A stretch of 64,000 nucleotides of DNA from an uncultured Spirochaetota bacterium (GCA_963835575.1 CAWIGG010000002.1:352001-416000); one strand, 5' to 3'. Positions 49,460-59,347 are shown, numbered from the stretch's first letter. Numbers and translations are program-made. Notes: generated from the sequence alone by a model not told the origin.

Positions 49460-49702
49460 ATGAAATCGGTACAAAATAAACAGTACAAGACTTTTATAAA
49501 ATTATTAAAGGAACTCCGTATTGAAAAGAATTTAAGTCAAAAAAAGTTAGGTGCTTTAATTGGAGTCCGGCAAACAGTTATTTCAAAAATTGAGCTTTCA
49601 GAGAAAAACATAAACATAATCGAACTGCGGAATATTCTTAATTCTATGGGTATTTCCCTCAAAGATTTTGTAATAGAGCTTGAAAAACGTTTATCAAAGT
49701 AG
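49460..49702 (+). CDS. XRE-family HTH regulator
   Basis: LKELRIEKNLSQKKLG..IGVRQTVISKIE. Confidence 0.85.
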   Translation: MKSVQNKQYKTFIKLLKELRIEKNLSQKKLGALIGVRQTVISKIELSEKNINIIELRNILNSMGISLKDFVIELEKRLSK

Positions 49703-49722
49703 ACTCCAAATTAAATCAATTA

Positions 49723-50349
49723 TCACCATGCCGCAGGTTTGGTTATTAAGCCACCCGATCCATCAGGAATTGATATGGGAAATTGACACCTTGACAATAA
49801 TTCATTTGGCAATGTTTTATCTTTATTAGCTACATTTCTAATTTCAACGGCGGCTCCTCTTAGCGGGTTGTTTGCCGGGACATAAACTACTATTTCTTTT
49901 TTGGAATTACATTCCTTAATCATTTTTAATGCAGGAACCAGGTCAGAGTCTCCGCTTACTAAAATAAATCTATCACATAGATCATTTATGCAATCATAAT
50001 ACATATTGAGAGCAATATTAACATCTGTTCTTTTTTCTTCAGGCATTTGAAAAAAGCGAGAGCTGGGATAATCACATCCTTTAACCAGACATTTGACTGT
50101 TTTATCTTTAAATTTGCCTAAAATAATCTTCATTTTCGGAAGTGTCTCCAAAGCGCGCAGATATGTTTCTTGATTTTGTCTATGGGCTCCAGTTACTAAA
50201 GCTGAAAAGTATTTTATTTTTTGAATATCATCGCCCTGCCTTAGTAAAGTAAAATATTTTTCAAGATTCAACCATTTATGATTAGTCCTTTTTATTGCTC
50301 CATAATATAAATTAAAACCATCAATGTAGATAATACTTCTTTTTAACAT
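49723..50349 (-). CDS. NYN (LabA/DUF88, PIN-like) domain RNase
   Basis: YIDGFNLYYG, EEKRTDVNIA, LVSGDSDLVP; start MLKRS with GGGG RBS. Confidence 0.9.
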   Translation of the reverse strand: MLKRSIIYIDGFNLYYGAIKRTNHKWLNLEKYFTLLRQGDDIQKIKYFSALVTGAHRQNQETYLRALETLPKMKIILGKFKDKTVKCLVKGCDYPSSRFFQMPEEKRTDVNIALNMYYDCINDLCDRFILVSGDSDLVPALKMIKECNSKKEIVVYVPANNPLRGAAVEIRNVANKDKTLPNELLSRCQFPISIPDGSGGLITKPAAW

Positions 50350-50359
50350 GATACCCCAC

Positions 50360-50434
50360 AAAAAAAACGGGTAGCCATATAGGCTACCCAACCAGCCCGT
50401 AGGCCGGGGAGTCGTAAATAAATACATTCTCTTT
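50360..50434 (-). ncRNA. putative small leader RNA ending in an intrinsic terminator upstream of NYN
   Basis: Hairpin CCGGCC-UACG-GGCUGG, then GGGUAGCC-UAUAU-GGCUACCC + U8; 5' end inferred from promoter. Confidence 0.55.
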
Positions 50435-50440
50435 TTATAT

Positions 50441-50468
50441 ATTATATAATATCGGTGTGAATTGTCAA
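50441..50468 (-). promoter_or_regulatory. consensus sigma70 promoter
   Basis: TTGACA (50468-50463), 16-bp spacer, TATAAT (50446-50441). Confidence 0.75.
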
Positions 50469-50665
50469 CACCTGAACCAAAACATTTTTCATCCATCAAA
50501 AACATTTACTTTCTTCAACAACCTTGATTTCATTCTCATTTAATCCGTAAAGCTCATAAACCAGACGGTCAATTTGATAATAGGTTGATACATTTAAAAG
50601 AATGCTTAAGTTGGCTTATCCATGTATAAATTATCAAAATATGTTATAATAGATAATTATTGATG

Positions 50666-50687
50666 AAAACGTTACTGAAACGTTACT
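50666..50687. repeat. putative integrase arm-type binding sites (right)
   Basis: aaaacgttactgaaacgttact. Confidence 0.6.
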
Positions 50688-50755
50688 ATTAGATATAAAG
50701 AATCTGTGTAATTAATTGTAGGATAAAGATATAATATAATGAAAGGTTTTTCGCA

Positions 50756-51553
50756 ATGAAAATCGCCCTGGCCGGCGGTCTGGGTTTTGAAGAAGATCTG
50801 CTGAAAGGTTTGGCCGGTCACCAGCTTTTACTTGTCGGGAACAGTTATAATATTAAGAACGAAAAGTTTTCTTTATACAAAGAGGCTGAATGTATCGGTG
50901 AGTTTGTTACAAGAAACTATCAGTCTTTCTTTTCAGAATATGACCTTTATATTGATATTTCCGAAAGCCTGAAATCAAAATACCTTCTCAATGATTTCTC
51001 AATCAAGTTCAGGAAAAAATATATCGCGCTGTTTTTTGATCAGACCTGGAAAGCAGGCGTTTTTTTCCCGGAAAAAGGGTGCCTGGCCTGTTATAAGGAT
51101 TATCAGCGGCCGCTGCCATTTTTTCTTAATCCGGGAATTGATAAAGAAGCCGCAATCAATGCTATCCTTTCTAATTGTAAACCGGATCAAACGGAAAGTT
51201 TTGTTTACAGCCTGGACAAGGGACAGAAAGTAAGTATTCCTCTGCTGGATAATTGCCTGACTTCAAAGGGAAATCTGCGGTTTTTACCGGGAGAGATGGA
51301 AGATGTTGTGTCCGTTTCATGCGGGGATAATTCAGTCGCTGTCACTCCGATGAATGAGGTTGCTATTGATTTGAATTATTATAAGGAAATCCTTTCAAAA
51401 GAATTGAAAATCATTAAACAAAGCCCTTTCTATCTCGAGTTCAAAATACTTCATTTAAGCGCGCTTCTTTTCAAACAGGGAAGATTAATTGTAAAAGGCA
51501 CAAAATCAAAAAACACCGCGCTGGCAGTTTACAGAAAGTTTATTGGAAATTAA
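50756..51553 (+). CDS. divergent ThiF/MoeB-like protein
   Basis: P.KGCLACY; C-terminal SCG.NSV...LFKQGRLIVKGT.....A...Y..FIG. Confidence 0.55.
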   Translation: MKIALAGGLGFEEDLLKGLAGHQLLLVGNSYNIKNEKFSLYKEAECIGEFVTRNYQSFFSEYDLYIDISESLKSKYLLNDFSIKFRKKYIALFFDQTWKAGVFFPEKGCLACYKDYQRPLPFFLNPGIDKEAAINAILSNCKPDQTESFVYSLDKGQKVSIPLLDNCLTSKGNLRFLPGEMEDVVSVSCGDNSVAVTPMNEVAIDLNYYKEILSKELKIIKQSPFYLEFKILHLSALLFKQGRLIVKGTKSKNTALAVYRKFIGN

Positions 51554-51568
51554 AAAATTACGATTACC

Positions 51569-52039
51569 TTATGGAATGGATTCCTCATATGCTTTTTTAT
51601 AGGCTGGATTTTTTTCAAGGAATTCAATAAATTCCTTTGAATGGCTGTTGCTGTATCTGGTAAACTCTCTTTCAGTGATGCCGAAGCTTTTATAAAAATC
51701 TTTCCGCTTTACTTCCACAGATTTTAAAATAGAATCATCCGGTTCGCTGTTGGTGCTTTTATTACTGGTATTCCGGGCAACTTCACGCATCCATTTTTTT
51801 TGTTCTAAATTGAATAGGATGCATAATTGGACAAACTTTTCCAGGCTGTCCAGCTCGATTTTGCTGCCCTTTTGAATAGTAATAACGCTGTACACATCAT
51901 TCTGAGTATTACTGACGCTGGCATTTACTGCGTTAGTGGTATTTTGAACGGTATGAGTACAACCGCCGCAGTTATAGAAGAATAAGGAAGAAAATAGAAC
52001 AAGCGGTATAAAGAATAAAATAAAAAATAATTTTTTCAC
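51569..52039 (-). CDS. hypothetical exported/lipoprotein
   Basis: Hydrophobic N-terminus followed by Cys residues; GTG start with GAAGG RBS. Confidence 0.55.
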   Translation of the reverse strand: MKKLFFILFFIPLVLFSSLFFYNCGGCTHTVQNTTNAVNASVSNTQNDVYSVITIQKGSKIELDSLEKFVQLCILFNLEQKKWMREVARNTSNKSTNSEPDDSILKSVEVKRKDFYKSFGITEREFTRYSNSHSKEFIEFLEKNPAYKKAYEESIP

Positions 52040-52116
52040 TTTGCACCTTCTTTAATGACCAATAGAATATATTTTAAAAAGAAAAAAAAATCAAGATTTA
52101 TTTTAAAAAATAATAA

Positions 52117-52171
52117 GTCCCTCACCATTTTGTCTGGCAATACCGGTGAAGCTTACAAAATGGTGAGGGAC
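52117..52171. repeat. 17-bp perfect inverted repeat, 21-nt loop
   Basis: gtccctcaccattttgt / acaaaatggtgagggac. Confidence 0.7.
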
Positions 52172-52431
52172 AGCAAATCTCAGCTAAAAGTTCCTTATTT
52201 AAAAAAAACAGAGTTTTAAATATACTCCAGTCAATAAAAAACCTTAATTTAATGAATAAGGTACGGCAGGATTTTGACAGAAAATGGCGATGAAGTGCGT
52301 AAAATGTTAAAGGATAAGTTTTTTAACCGACTTATATGAATTATTTTCTTGTTTATAATTGAAATTGTTGAAAAAAATGAAAGCTTTTAGTTATAATATA
52401 TGGTTGAATAAGGCTATTAAGGAGAAAACCT

Positions 52432-53508
52432 ATGTTGAAAAATGAAAAACAGACGCTGGGTGAATTTTTTCAGGAAGCGAGAAAAGAGAAAGGTATTTCA
52501 ATAGATGAAATTGTCAGGGATACGAATGTCCCGAAGAAGTATCTGGAAGCGATTGAAGCCGATAATTTTGAGGTTTTTCCGGGTGAAACATATGCGATGG
52601 GATTTATTTCTAACTATGCCGAGGCCCTTGAAGTTGACCGGGACCTGGCGATAGCATTATATAAAAGACAGATGAAAATCGAGCAGGATTCGCCCATTGA
52701 AGAGCTTGTAGGCAAGAAAAAAAGTTTCTGGCTTGAATATAATAATATACTGATCGGGGCTGGAGCTGCCGCCATACTTATTATCGTTATTCTGGTATTT
52801 TTAATAAGCCGGCGTCCGGGGGATGATAATCCCGCATATCCCAGGTCTTATTATTACAGTTTCGATGATATGCATAAGATCGCGAGCCAGAAGTTTAAAG
52901 TCGGCGATTCCATCATATTGACGAATGATGCCAGGAATTTAAATATTGAAATTTTAAAGATTGAACCTTCCCGCTCTCTTACCTTTAAGATCAGTAATAA
53001 TAATTATACAATAAAAATCAGCGAGCTTCTCAGCATTGATGCTGATAATAACGGCACCAATGACCTGGGCGTTGAACTGGTCAGCGCCAAGCAGAAGGAA
53101 GCAAAACTGGCTTTGACTCTTTTAAAAGAAAATATGGATATGTCGGATATCAGCAACAGGACCGAATTAGTTTCCAAATATAATGAATTTATTATTTCAG
53201 AAAGCGAACTCATGATATCCCCGACAAAAAGCCCGGTTAGTATGAAAATACTGCCTCAGGGTTCCGGTTTTCTCAGCTATATACCTGACGGAAAAGAGGA
53301 AAAACAGATTTTTATCAACAATAATGTTTCCCTGGCAATTACTTTTACGAACAATCTTCTTCTTTATCTGGGCAACAGCGGCGCCGTAAAAATTTTAATA
53401 GGTAATAAGGAAGAAATCGGCGGAGGCTGGGGAGAAGTGGGTAAATCTTTATTCTACTGGAAGCCTAAAGGCGGCCAGTTCTCTCTCACCCGCGCTATTT
53501 TAAAATAA
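52432..53508 (+). CDS. rodZ: RodZ-like HTH membrane protein
   Basis: LG....EAR.EKG.S, YLEAIE..NF..FPGETY..GF..NYA; single TM; upstream of rimO-pgsA. Confidence 0.75.
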   Translation: MLKNEKQTLGEFFQEARKEKGISIDEIVRDTNVPKKYLEAIEADNFEVFPGETYAMGFISNYAEALEVDRDLAIALYKRQMKIEQDSPIEELVGKKKSFWLEYNNILIGAGAAAILIIVILVFLISRRPGDDNPAYPRSYYYSFDDMHKIASQKFKVGDSIILTNDARNLNIEILKIEPSRSLTFKISNNNYTIKISELLSIDADNNGTNDLGVELVSAKQKEAKLALTLLKENMDMSDISNRTELVSKYNEFIISESELMISPTKSPVSMKILPQGSGFLSYIPDGKEEKQIFINNNVSLAITFTNNLLLYLGNSGAVKILIGNKEEIGGGWGEVGKSLFYWKPKGGQFSLTRAILK

Positions 53509-53520
53509 GGTTAAACAGGA

Positions 53521-54852
53521 ATGAAAGTTTTTTTCGATGCCCTGGGATGTCCCAAGGCATTGGTTGATTCTGAAAAGATGTGTTTTCTGCTGGAAAAGCA
53601 TAAACATACTATTGCTTCAATACCGGAAGAAGCCGAGGCTATAATCATAAACACATGCGGGTTTATTCAAAAAGCAAAGGAAGAGAATATAGAGGCCATT
53701 CTCCAGTATTCAAGCCTGAAGAAAAAAAATCCCGGGTTGAAGATAATAGTTTCAGGCTGTCTGTCCGAGCGTTATAAAAAGGAGCTCCTGGAGGCCATCC
53801 CTGAAGTGGACCAGGCGATCGGCGTGAGGGATCCCCTGAAAATCCTGGAAGCTTTGAATGTTCAAGAACGGTCAGGACAGCTTCTGGATGAAGGCCCTTT
53901 CCGCGACCAGGAGAATTTAGAAAGAAGGCTTTATTTTTCTGGCCTTTTTTACAGTTATCTCAAGATTTCCGAAGGATGCAACCGGAGCTGTTCATTCTGC
54001 GCCATTCCGGGGATCCGCGGTAAGCAGAGGAGCAGGGACATATCTTCCCTGATAAAAGAAGCGGAATTCCTTTCCAGTTCCGGGATAAGGGAATTGATTT
54101 TAGTGTCTGAAGATACTATTTCTTACGGGTCTGATCTCAAAACAAAACAGCCGCTGATAGAACTTTTAAAAGAGCTGCTCAGGCTTGATTTCCAATGGAT
54201 AAGGCTTATGTATCTTTATCCGGACAGGGAAATAGAAAAGCTCGCGGAATTCATCGCGGCGGAGGATAGGATTTGCAATTATCTGGATTTACCCCTGCAG
54301 CATGCAAGCGGAACTATTCTGAAAAAAATGAAGAGGGCCGGGAATTATCAGGAGTATGTCCGTTTAATAAAAAAAATGCGTCAAATAAACCCTGAAGTTA
54401 GAATCAGGAGCTCCTTTATTGCCGGTTATCCCGGCGAAACGGAAAAGGAATTCGAAGAATTAAAATCCTTCCTGACGGAGGCGGAACTGGACCGTGTCGG
54501 ATTTTTTGAGTATTCCGACGAAGAAGGAACACAGTCCTTTATGGATAAACCCAAAGTACCGGCGGGAGAAACAAAAAAAAGGTTCAAAAGTTTATCGCGG
54601 GTTCAGGAGGATATTTCACTGAAGAATTTAGAGAAATTGGCCGGGAAAACCATTCTCTGCGTCAATGATGGGATTATCCGGGAAGAAAAAGGTAAAAGGT
54701 ATATGCTTTTAAGGAGTGAATACGACGCGCCGGAGATAGACGGCTGTGTTAAAGTCGAATTGAAGAATGACCCAATGATAGAGAAAGATTTTATTACTGT
54801 CAGAATTAAAAAAGCGCTTTCGTCGCATGACCTGGAAGGCATTCCATTATAA
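53521..54852 (+). CDS. rimO: ribosomal protein S12 methylthiotransferase
   Basis: LGCPKALVDSE, NTCGFI..AKEE, EGCNRSCSFC, DAPEIDG. Confidence 0.95.
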   Translation: MKVFFDALGCPKALVDSEKMCFLLEKHKHTIASIPEEAEAIIINTCGFIQKAKEENIEAILQYSSLKKKNPGLKIIVSGCLSERYKKELLEAIPEVDQAIGVRDPLKILEALNVQERSGQLLDEGPFRDQENLERRLYFSGLFYSYLKISEGCNRSCSFCAIPGIRGKQRSRDISSLIKEAEFLSSSGIRELILVSEDTISYGSDLKTKQPLIELLKELLRLDFQWIRLMYLYPDREIEKLAEFIAAEDRICNYLDLPLQHASGTILKKMKRAGNYQEYVRLIKKMRQINPEVRIRSSFIAGYPGETEKEFEELKSFLTEAELDRVGFFEYSDEEGTQSFMDKPKVPAGETKKRFKSLSRVQEDISLKNLEKLAGKTILCVNDGIIREEKGKRYMLLRSEYDAPEIDGCVKVELKNDPMIEKDFITVRIKKALSSHDLEGIPL

Positions 54853-54946
54853 TGCTTCAATAATAAAGATGGAATATTGAACTGTACAAATAATTTTTAT
54901 AAATTATAATATATTTGAAAGATTTTTTATCAATCAGGGGAGTTGG

Positions 54947-55576
54947 ATGAAGTTCACACTAACCTTGCCCAATATATTAACTTTATTCAGATTTATTCTG
55001 ACGCCTTTCATTGTCTATTTTATTATTTTTGAATCAATCGGCAATGTTTTTCTGGCCCTTATCCTTTACTCCCTTTCCGCCCTGACTGATTACTTTGACG
55101 GGAAGCTGGCCCGGAAGCTGAATCAAAAATCGGATTTCGGCGAGTTTTTTGATCCGCTGGCCGATAAATTTCTTGTCTGGAGCGTATTTACCGCATTAAG
55201 CTTTAAGGCAGGTTTGTATATTCCATTCTGGCTTATCATGTTTCTTTACATCAGGGATTTTTATGTCACATTCCTCCGTTCTCTGTCAAAGAGAAAAAAA
55301 ATAATATTTAAAACTTCCTTTATCGCGAAAGCAAAAACCATGGTCCAGATGATCGTGGCCGCTGTTATTATGGCCTACCTTTTTTTGACCCTGATCATTA
55401 AAACCATGTTAAAAATTAACTATCAGGATTACCTTGAAATATGGAAGGCCGCGGCTCCCGGATATTATCATTATATTGTCTATATTCCCTTTATTTTGAC
55501 ATTTTTAACCGTCATTTTTACGATATATACCGCTTTTGATTATTATCTGAGTTACAAGAGGATAATTAAAAAATGA
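54947..55576 (+). CDS. pgsA: CDP-diacylglycerol--glycerol-3-phosphate phosphatidyltransferase
   Basis: PNILT.FR, TDYFDGKLAR...FGEFFDPLADK, AKAKT. Confidence 0.9.
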   Translation: MKFTLTLPNILTLFRFILTPFIVYFIIFESIGNVFLALILYSLSALTDYFDGKLARKLNQKSDFGEFFDPLADKFLVWSVFTALSFKAGLYIPFWLIMFLYIRDFYVTFLRSLSKRKKIIFKTSFIAKAKTMVQMIVAAVIMAYLFLTLIIKTMLKINYQDYLEIWKAAAPGYYHYIVYIPFILTFLTVIFTIYTAFDYYLSYKRIIKK

Positions 55577-56061
55577 AACACAATATCGGTAAAAAATTAA
55601 AAGAAATGGCGGCCACCAGTTTTTTTGTGGGATATACCCCGTATATTCCGGGTACAATGGGAACGCTTGTCGGTGCCGTTATTTATGTTTTCTTAAGTCC
55701 CTTCATTGTTTTTTATTACATCTCTATAGCGGTCCTGCTGGCATTGGCGGTATGGGTGAGCGATTACGCGGAAAAACACATCTTTAAGATGAAAGACGCG
55801 CCCCATATCGTTATCGATGAAACCGTCGGGTTTTTGATCGCGATGATTTCCTTCCCTTTTGAACCGACTTTGGACGGGATAAGATATCTTGTGATCGGAT
55901 TCATTTTATTCCGCGCTTTTGATATTTTTAAACCGTACCCGATCAAGGATTCCCAGAAAATAGAAGGCGGTTTCGGCGTAGTGATAGACGATGTTCTTGC
56001 CGCTGTCTATACGAACCTTTTTCTTCAAATCTTAAGGTTTCTTCCTTCCATATCACATTAA
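55573..56061 (+). CDS. pgpA: phosphatidylglycerophosphatase A
   Basis: PGTMGT, IVIDE.VG, FR.FDIFKP.PI, GG.GVVIDD. Confidence 0.92.
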   Translation: MKHNIGKKLKEMAATSFFVGYTPYIPGTMGTLVGAVIYVFLSPFIVFYYISIAVLLALAVWVSDYAEKHIFKMKDAPHIVIDETVGFLIAMISFPFEPTLDGIRYLVIGFILFRAFDIFKPYPIKDSQKIEGGFGVVIDDVLAAVYTNLFLQILRFLPSISH

Positions 56062-56068
56062 ATCTGGA

Positions 56069-57367
56069 TTATTTTCTTAACGGCAGTAAATTTCCCGCTT
56101 CGGGGAAAAACGCGGCCGAAACATTTTGAGGCAGTTGCGGGAGTACCGCATCAAATGCCTCCTTCAATGATGATGCCGGCAGCATATTCAGCTTTTTTAC
56201 GGTGTCATCGGGAAGGTTTGAGACAAAATAGATCTTTGCCCGGCTGGCCTTATCCTTAAAAGTGTACATTGTCTGTCCGTAGATGCGGTAATCCCGGATC
56301 AGATTTTCTTTCATTTCATCAAGGTCGCGCATATTGATCCAGCTTTCCAGGTCCGATTCGCCGAGCCCTTCCGGGCATGCTGCGAGGTGTATGATAAAAC
56401 CGTCCGGCTTGACCAGGCGGAAGGCGTTATCCAGGCCCTTATGGGACTGAACGAGATTATTATCGAGCGGATAACCGCCGGAAGAACTGAAAACGAGATC
56501 GTACGGCTCATTAAAAGAGCATCCCTTCCAATCGAGATTAACCCGGCAGGCTTTTTCATGGGCCTTGAATAAATCCCCGGCCCAGATGCCGGCAAAATAA
56601 ACCTGCCCTGACGCGTCTTTTTTCCCCGGAATGACCGCGATCAGAAAAACAGGTATATCTAACATCTGCGCGGCTTCTACAAAATCTTCATGAATGGCGT
56701 TTCCGTCAAGACGCGCCGATTCCACGCCCTGCCGGCGGATGATTTTATCATCTTCCCTGGTAAATATCAGGGAATGGGATTTTTGTATGGTGATGCGGGA
56801 GGCCGCTCCGGGGATCAGCATTTTTCTGCCGCCGCCGAACCCGGCGAAATAATGATGGACGATCCCGGAAATAGGGATGAGAAGGCTATAGTCCCATAAG
56901 CGGCTGTTCAGCGCGACCGGAGTGCCATGGCTTGTTATTCCGATTTCTTTTGACGGACCATCGCAGTCATGCTGAAAATAGGTATGAGAATGAAGCGTTT
57001 CGGCGCCGATCATTTCTTCCAGCTCTTTTTGAGTCATCTCGCGGTGAGTGCCGCGGCAGAACATAAGATGGACCCGTTCATTCTTTATGCCGTATTTATT
57101 AAGATAGCCGAGCAGATAGCTTAATAGAACTTTTTTACCGTCTTTACGGGTGATATCGGAAAGCATAATCAGTATATTGCCCCTTTCAGGCAGGAGCGCT
57201 GAGAGGGGTCTGGAGTCCACAGGATTATCCAGGGCATCCATAAATGCGCTCTCGCTATCCGGCAGGTTTTTTATTTCATCGGCGGATATTAAATCAATTT
57301 TCCAGCTGTCGGGAAGATTTAAAGATTGAATTTGTCTTCCGATCGGTAATTCAATTCGCATTATCAA
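56069..57367 (-). CDS. larA: nickel-pincer lactate racemase family protein
   Basis: SDITR, GTHR, HYFAGFGGGRK, GGYPLD.NLVQSHK, CPEG.G. Confidence 0.85.
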   Translation of the reverse strand: MIMRIELPIGRQIQSLNLPDSWKIDLISADEIKNLPDSESAFMDALDNPVDSRPLSALLPERGNILIMLSDITRKDGKKVLLSYLLGYLNKYGIKNERVHLMFCRGTHREMTQKELEEMIGAETLHSHTYFQHDCDGPSKEIGITSHGTPVALNSRLWDYSLLIPISGIVHHYFAGFGGGRKMLIPGAASRITIQKSHSLIFTREDDKIIRRQGVESARLDGNAIHEDFVEAAQMLDIPVFLIAVIPGKKDASGQVYFAGIWAGDLFKAHEKACRVNLDWKGCSFNEPYDLVFSSSGGYPLDNNLVQSHKGLDNAFRLVKPDGFIIHLAACPEGLGESDLESWINMRDLDEMKENLIRDYRIYGQTMYTFKDKASRAKIYFVSNLPDDTVKKLNMLPASSLKEAFDAVLPQLPQNVSAAFFPEAGNLLPLRK

Positions 57368-57400
57368 CTCCTGTTGTTTAGTGATAAAAAAATTACGGAA

Positions 57401-57562
57401 CTATGCACTTGGCAAAGCATCTTCCTTTTCTTCTTTTAATTTCTTAGGATCGACTTTCATGAATAAACTCAAAGCCTCATCAACCTTTAAAGAATAAAGA
57501 GAAATTGGTTTATCATAAGACTTTTTCTTTTTATTTTTGGATTCTAATTTTTTATTTGTCAT
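57401..57562 (-). CDS. small basic protein at distal end of IS1595 element
   Basis: KPISLYSLKVDEALSLFMKVDPKK; GGAG RBS. Confidence 0.45.
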   Translation of the reverse strand: MTNKKLESKNKKKKSYDKPISLYSLKVDEALSLFMKVDPKKLKEEKEDALPSA

Positions 57563-57702
57563 TATTAACTCCAAATAGTTTCCCAAATAAATCACCGTAG
57601 CCCCATATAACAGTCCCAGAGATAAGAAGACATAGCCCTATAAACCCAGATATTTTGTCTATTTCTTTTTCGTACAACATTTTCTTCGTTTTCTCATTAT
57701 AT

Positions 57703-59347
57703 CCCGCATTATTCATCTCACCCCCACAGAGGGTGTATTTTCTATAAAAAACTGCCCGGCTGTTCAAGCGGCCGCATAAATTTGTCAGTTAACCTTCCGT
57801 TTTTCCGTCCAATCCTTTCTAACTTTTCAAAAATCTGTTTTTTGCAGTTACAAGGGCGCAGTTTCCCCCTTCTTTAAGCGGAGTCAAAAACATCCAGAAA
57901 GGCTTTCATTACGCAAAGCTGTCCGAGAGCCTTTGAAATACCGCTTTTTCAGTGAAACTTGAGCAAAAATGCAGCCATACTCTCCGGACTGTTTCTTTTA
58001 CCTGTACAGCAACTTTCAGAATTTTTAACCGTATAGTGTCGGCTTGCGCTTTCTCATATTCTGTACCTTTCAATCCCTTCCTTAAGCGCTGCATGCATTG
58101 ATAGGCAAAACCCGCAAGAATCAGCCGGAAATAATTTGCCATATATCGATGGCAGCTCAAACGGTCAAGATTCATATCCTTTTTCAGTTCCTTGATCCGG
58201 TTTTCCATATCTCCACGCTTCGCATAGAATCTGTATGCATACCTTGCCTTTGAAAATTTCCAATTGGTTATCAGATAACGGGTGTCCTGTCCCAATTCAT
58301 TGCAGCGTATCCGGGCGATAATCATTCGTTCTTTTTCCCAGCTTTGTGCACGGTATTTGAAATTCGTATGAAGCGTCTTTTCTTTCCCGCTTTTTTGAAA
58401 ATATGTCTTTGCCCTGCGGGATAGCTTTCTTGTCCTCTTCTCCAATCTCCGGTAACCCTTTATTCCCAGAATATAATGGAGATCATTTTGTTCGCAATAT
58501 TCGTATATCTTCGGGTTTTCAAATCCGGCGTCACCTCGCAGGATTATCCGGATCTCCGGTTGTCGCCTCCTTATTGCCAAAACAATTCTCCTGATCATAG
58601 CAAGCGCGTCCTTTGCCGGACCCGCGTTTCCCTGCCGCAGTTTAATCGCCGCAAGGTCTCCGGTATCTCCGTCACAAACAATCAGCGGTGAGTACATCGT
58701 TTGTTCATAAAAACCGTTGAACAGGCTTCCTTCCTGTTTACCATGCGTCGGATCATCCGTGCCGTCTATGTCAAGAACAACACTTTCCGCTTTACGCTCT
58801 ATCAAGCTGTCAATGTACCAGTCCGTCATACAGAAATCAAGCTTCGTTATATCCCGAAGGTTTATGCTGTTCTCAAGCCTGGACAGCGTCGGCTGGCTGG
58901 ACAGGGTATCTCCGCTTTCAGGTAAACGCCCTGCCGCGAATTTAAACATCGGGTCATACCGTAATACTCCCGCGTCGTTGGTGTCTTCATACCCCATGAT
59001 CATTTGGCTGACCCGTTGTCCGATCAATTCACTCATTTCATGAATTATCCGGTCCTGGTCCCTGCAATCCTCAATACAACCGGATATTCTATTGATAATT
59101 CCGGTCTTTTTTAAGAGCCCGGATACCAGAAACAGCCCGCCGTCAGTGGATATGTCGCCGCCGTTCCAGTCCATCTCAATAGTCTTGCCTAAAAAGGCAA
59201 AACCGCTTGATTTTTCTTCTTGTTTATGACATACTGTTTTCACCGCGTATCTCCTCTTTGGGGTATTTTTAGGTCGCAATTAATTATATCATAAAGAGTA
59301 AAGTTACGCGGCTTTTTTTATACTTTTTTTCAGGTGAATAATCCGGG
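57703..59347 (-). mobile_element. IS1380-family insertion sequence
   Basis: IR cccgcattattca / tgaataatccggg (12/13); 5-bp TSD tatat (57698-57702, 59348-59352). Confidence 0.92.
57909..59243 (-). CDS. IS1380-family transposase
   Basis: GG.ISTDGG, GYED.ND...LR.DP, SQPTLSRLE, LDIDGT, RGDAGF, RG.MENRIKE.K. Confidence 0.93.
   Translation of the reverse strand: MKTVCHKQEEKSSGFAFLGKTIEMDWNGGDISTDGGLFLVSGLLKKTGIINRISGCIEDCRDQDRIIHEMSELIGQRVSQMIMGYEDTNDAGVLRYDPMFKFAAGRLPESGDTLSSQPTLSRLENSINLRDITKLDFCMTDWYIDSLIERKAESVVLDIDGTDDPTHGKQEGSLFNGFYEQTMYSPLIVCDGDTGDLAAIKLRQGNAGPAKDALAMIRRIVLAIRRRQPEIRIILRGDAGFENPKIYEYCEQNDLHYILGIKGYRRLEKRTRKLSRRAKTYFQKSGKEKTLHTNFKYRAQSWEKERMIIARIRCNELGQDTRYLITNWKFSKARYAYRFYAKRGDMENRIKELKKDMNLDRLSCHRYMANYFRLILAGFAYQCMQRLRKGLKGTEYEKAQADTIRLKILKVAVQVKETVRRVWLHFCSSFTEKAVFQRLSDSFA

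Larger units (their letters stand above)
43684..50763. mobile_element. integrative, satellite-like element (~7.1 kb)
   Basis: 18/19 direct repeat ggttt(c/t)tcgcaatgaaaat at 43684-43702 and 50745-50763; integrase at left end; visibly AT-richer than flanks. Confidence 0.88.

Noticed and set aside
50350..50505. 52-aa N-terminal extension of NYN in ORF track
   Set aside because: Covers the promoter and terminator; the NYN motif starts just after ATG 50349
43684..50763. Full prophage or conjugative element
   Set aside because: No structural, lysis, relaxase or T4SS genes within the att-bounded 7 kb
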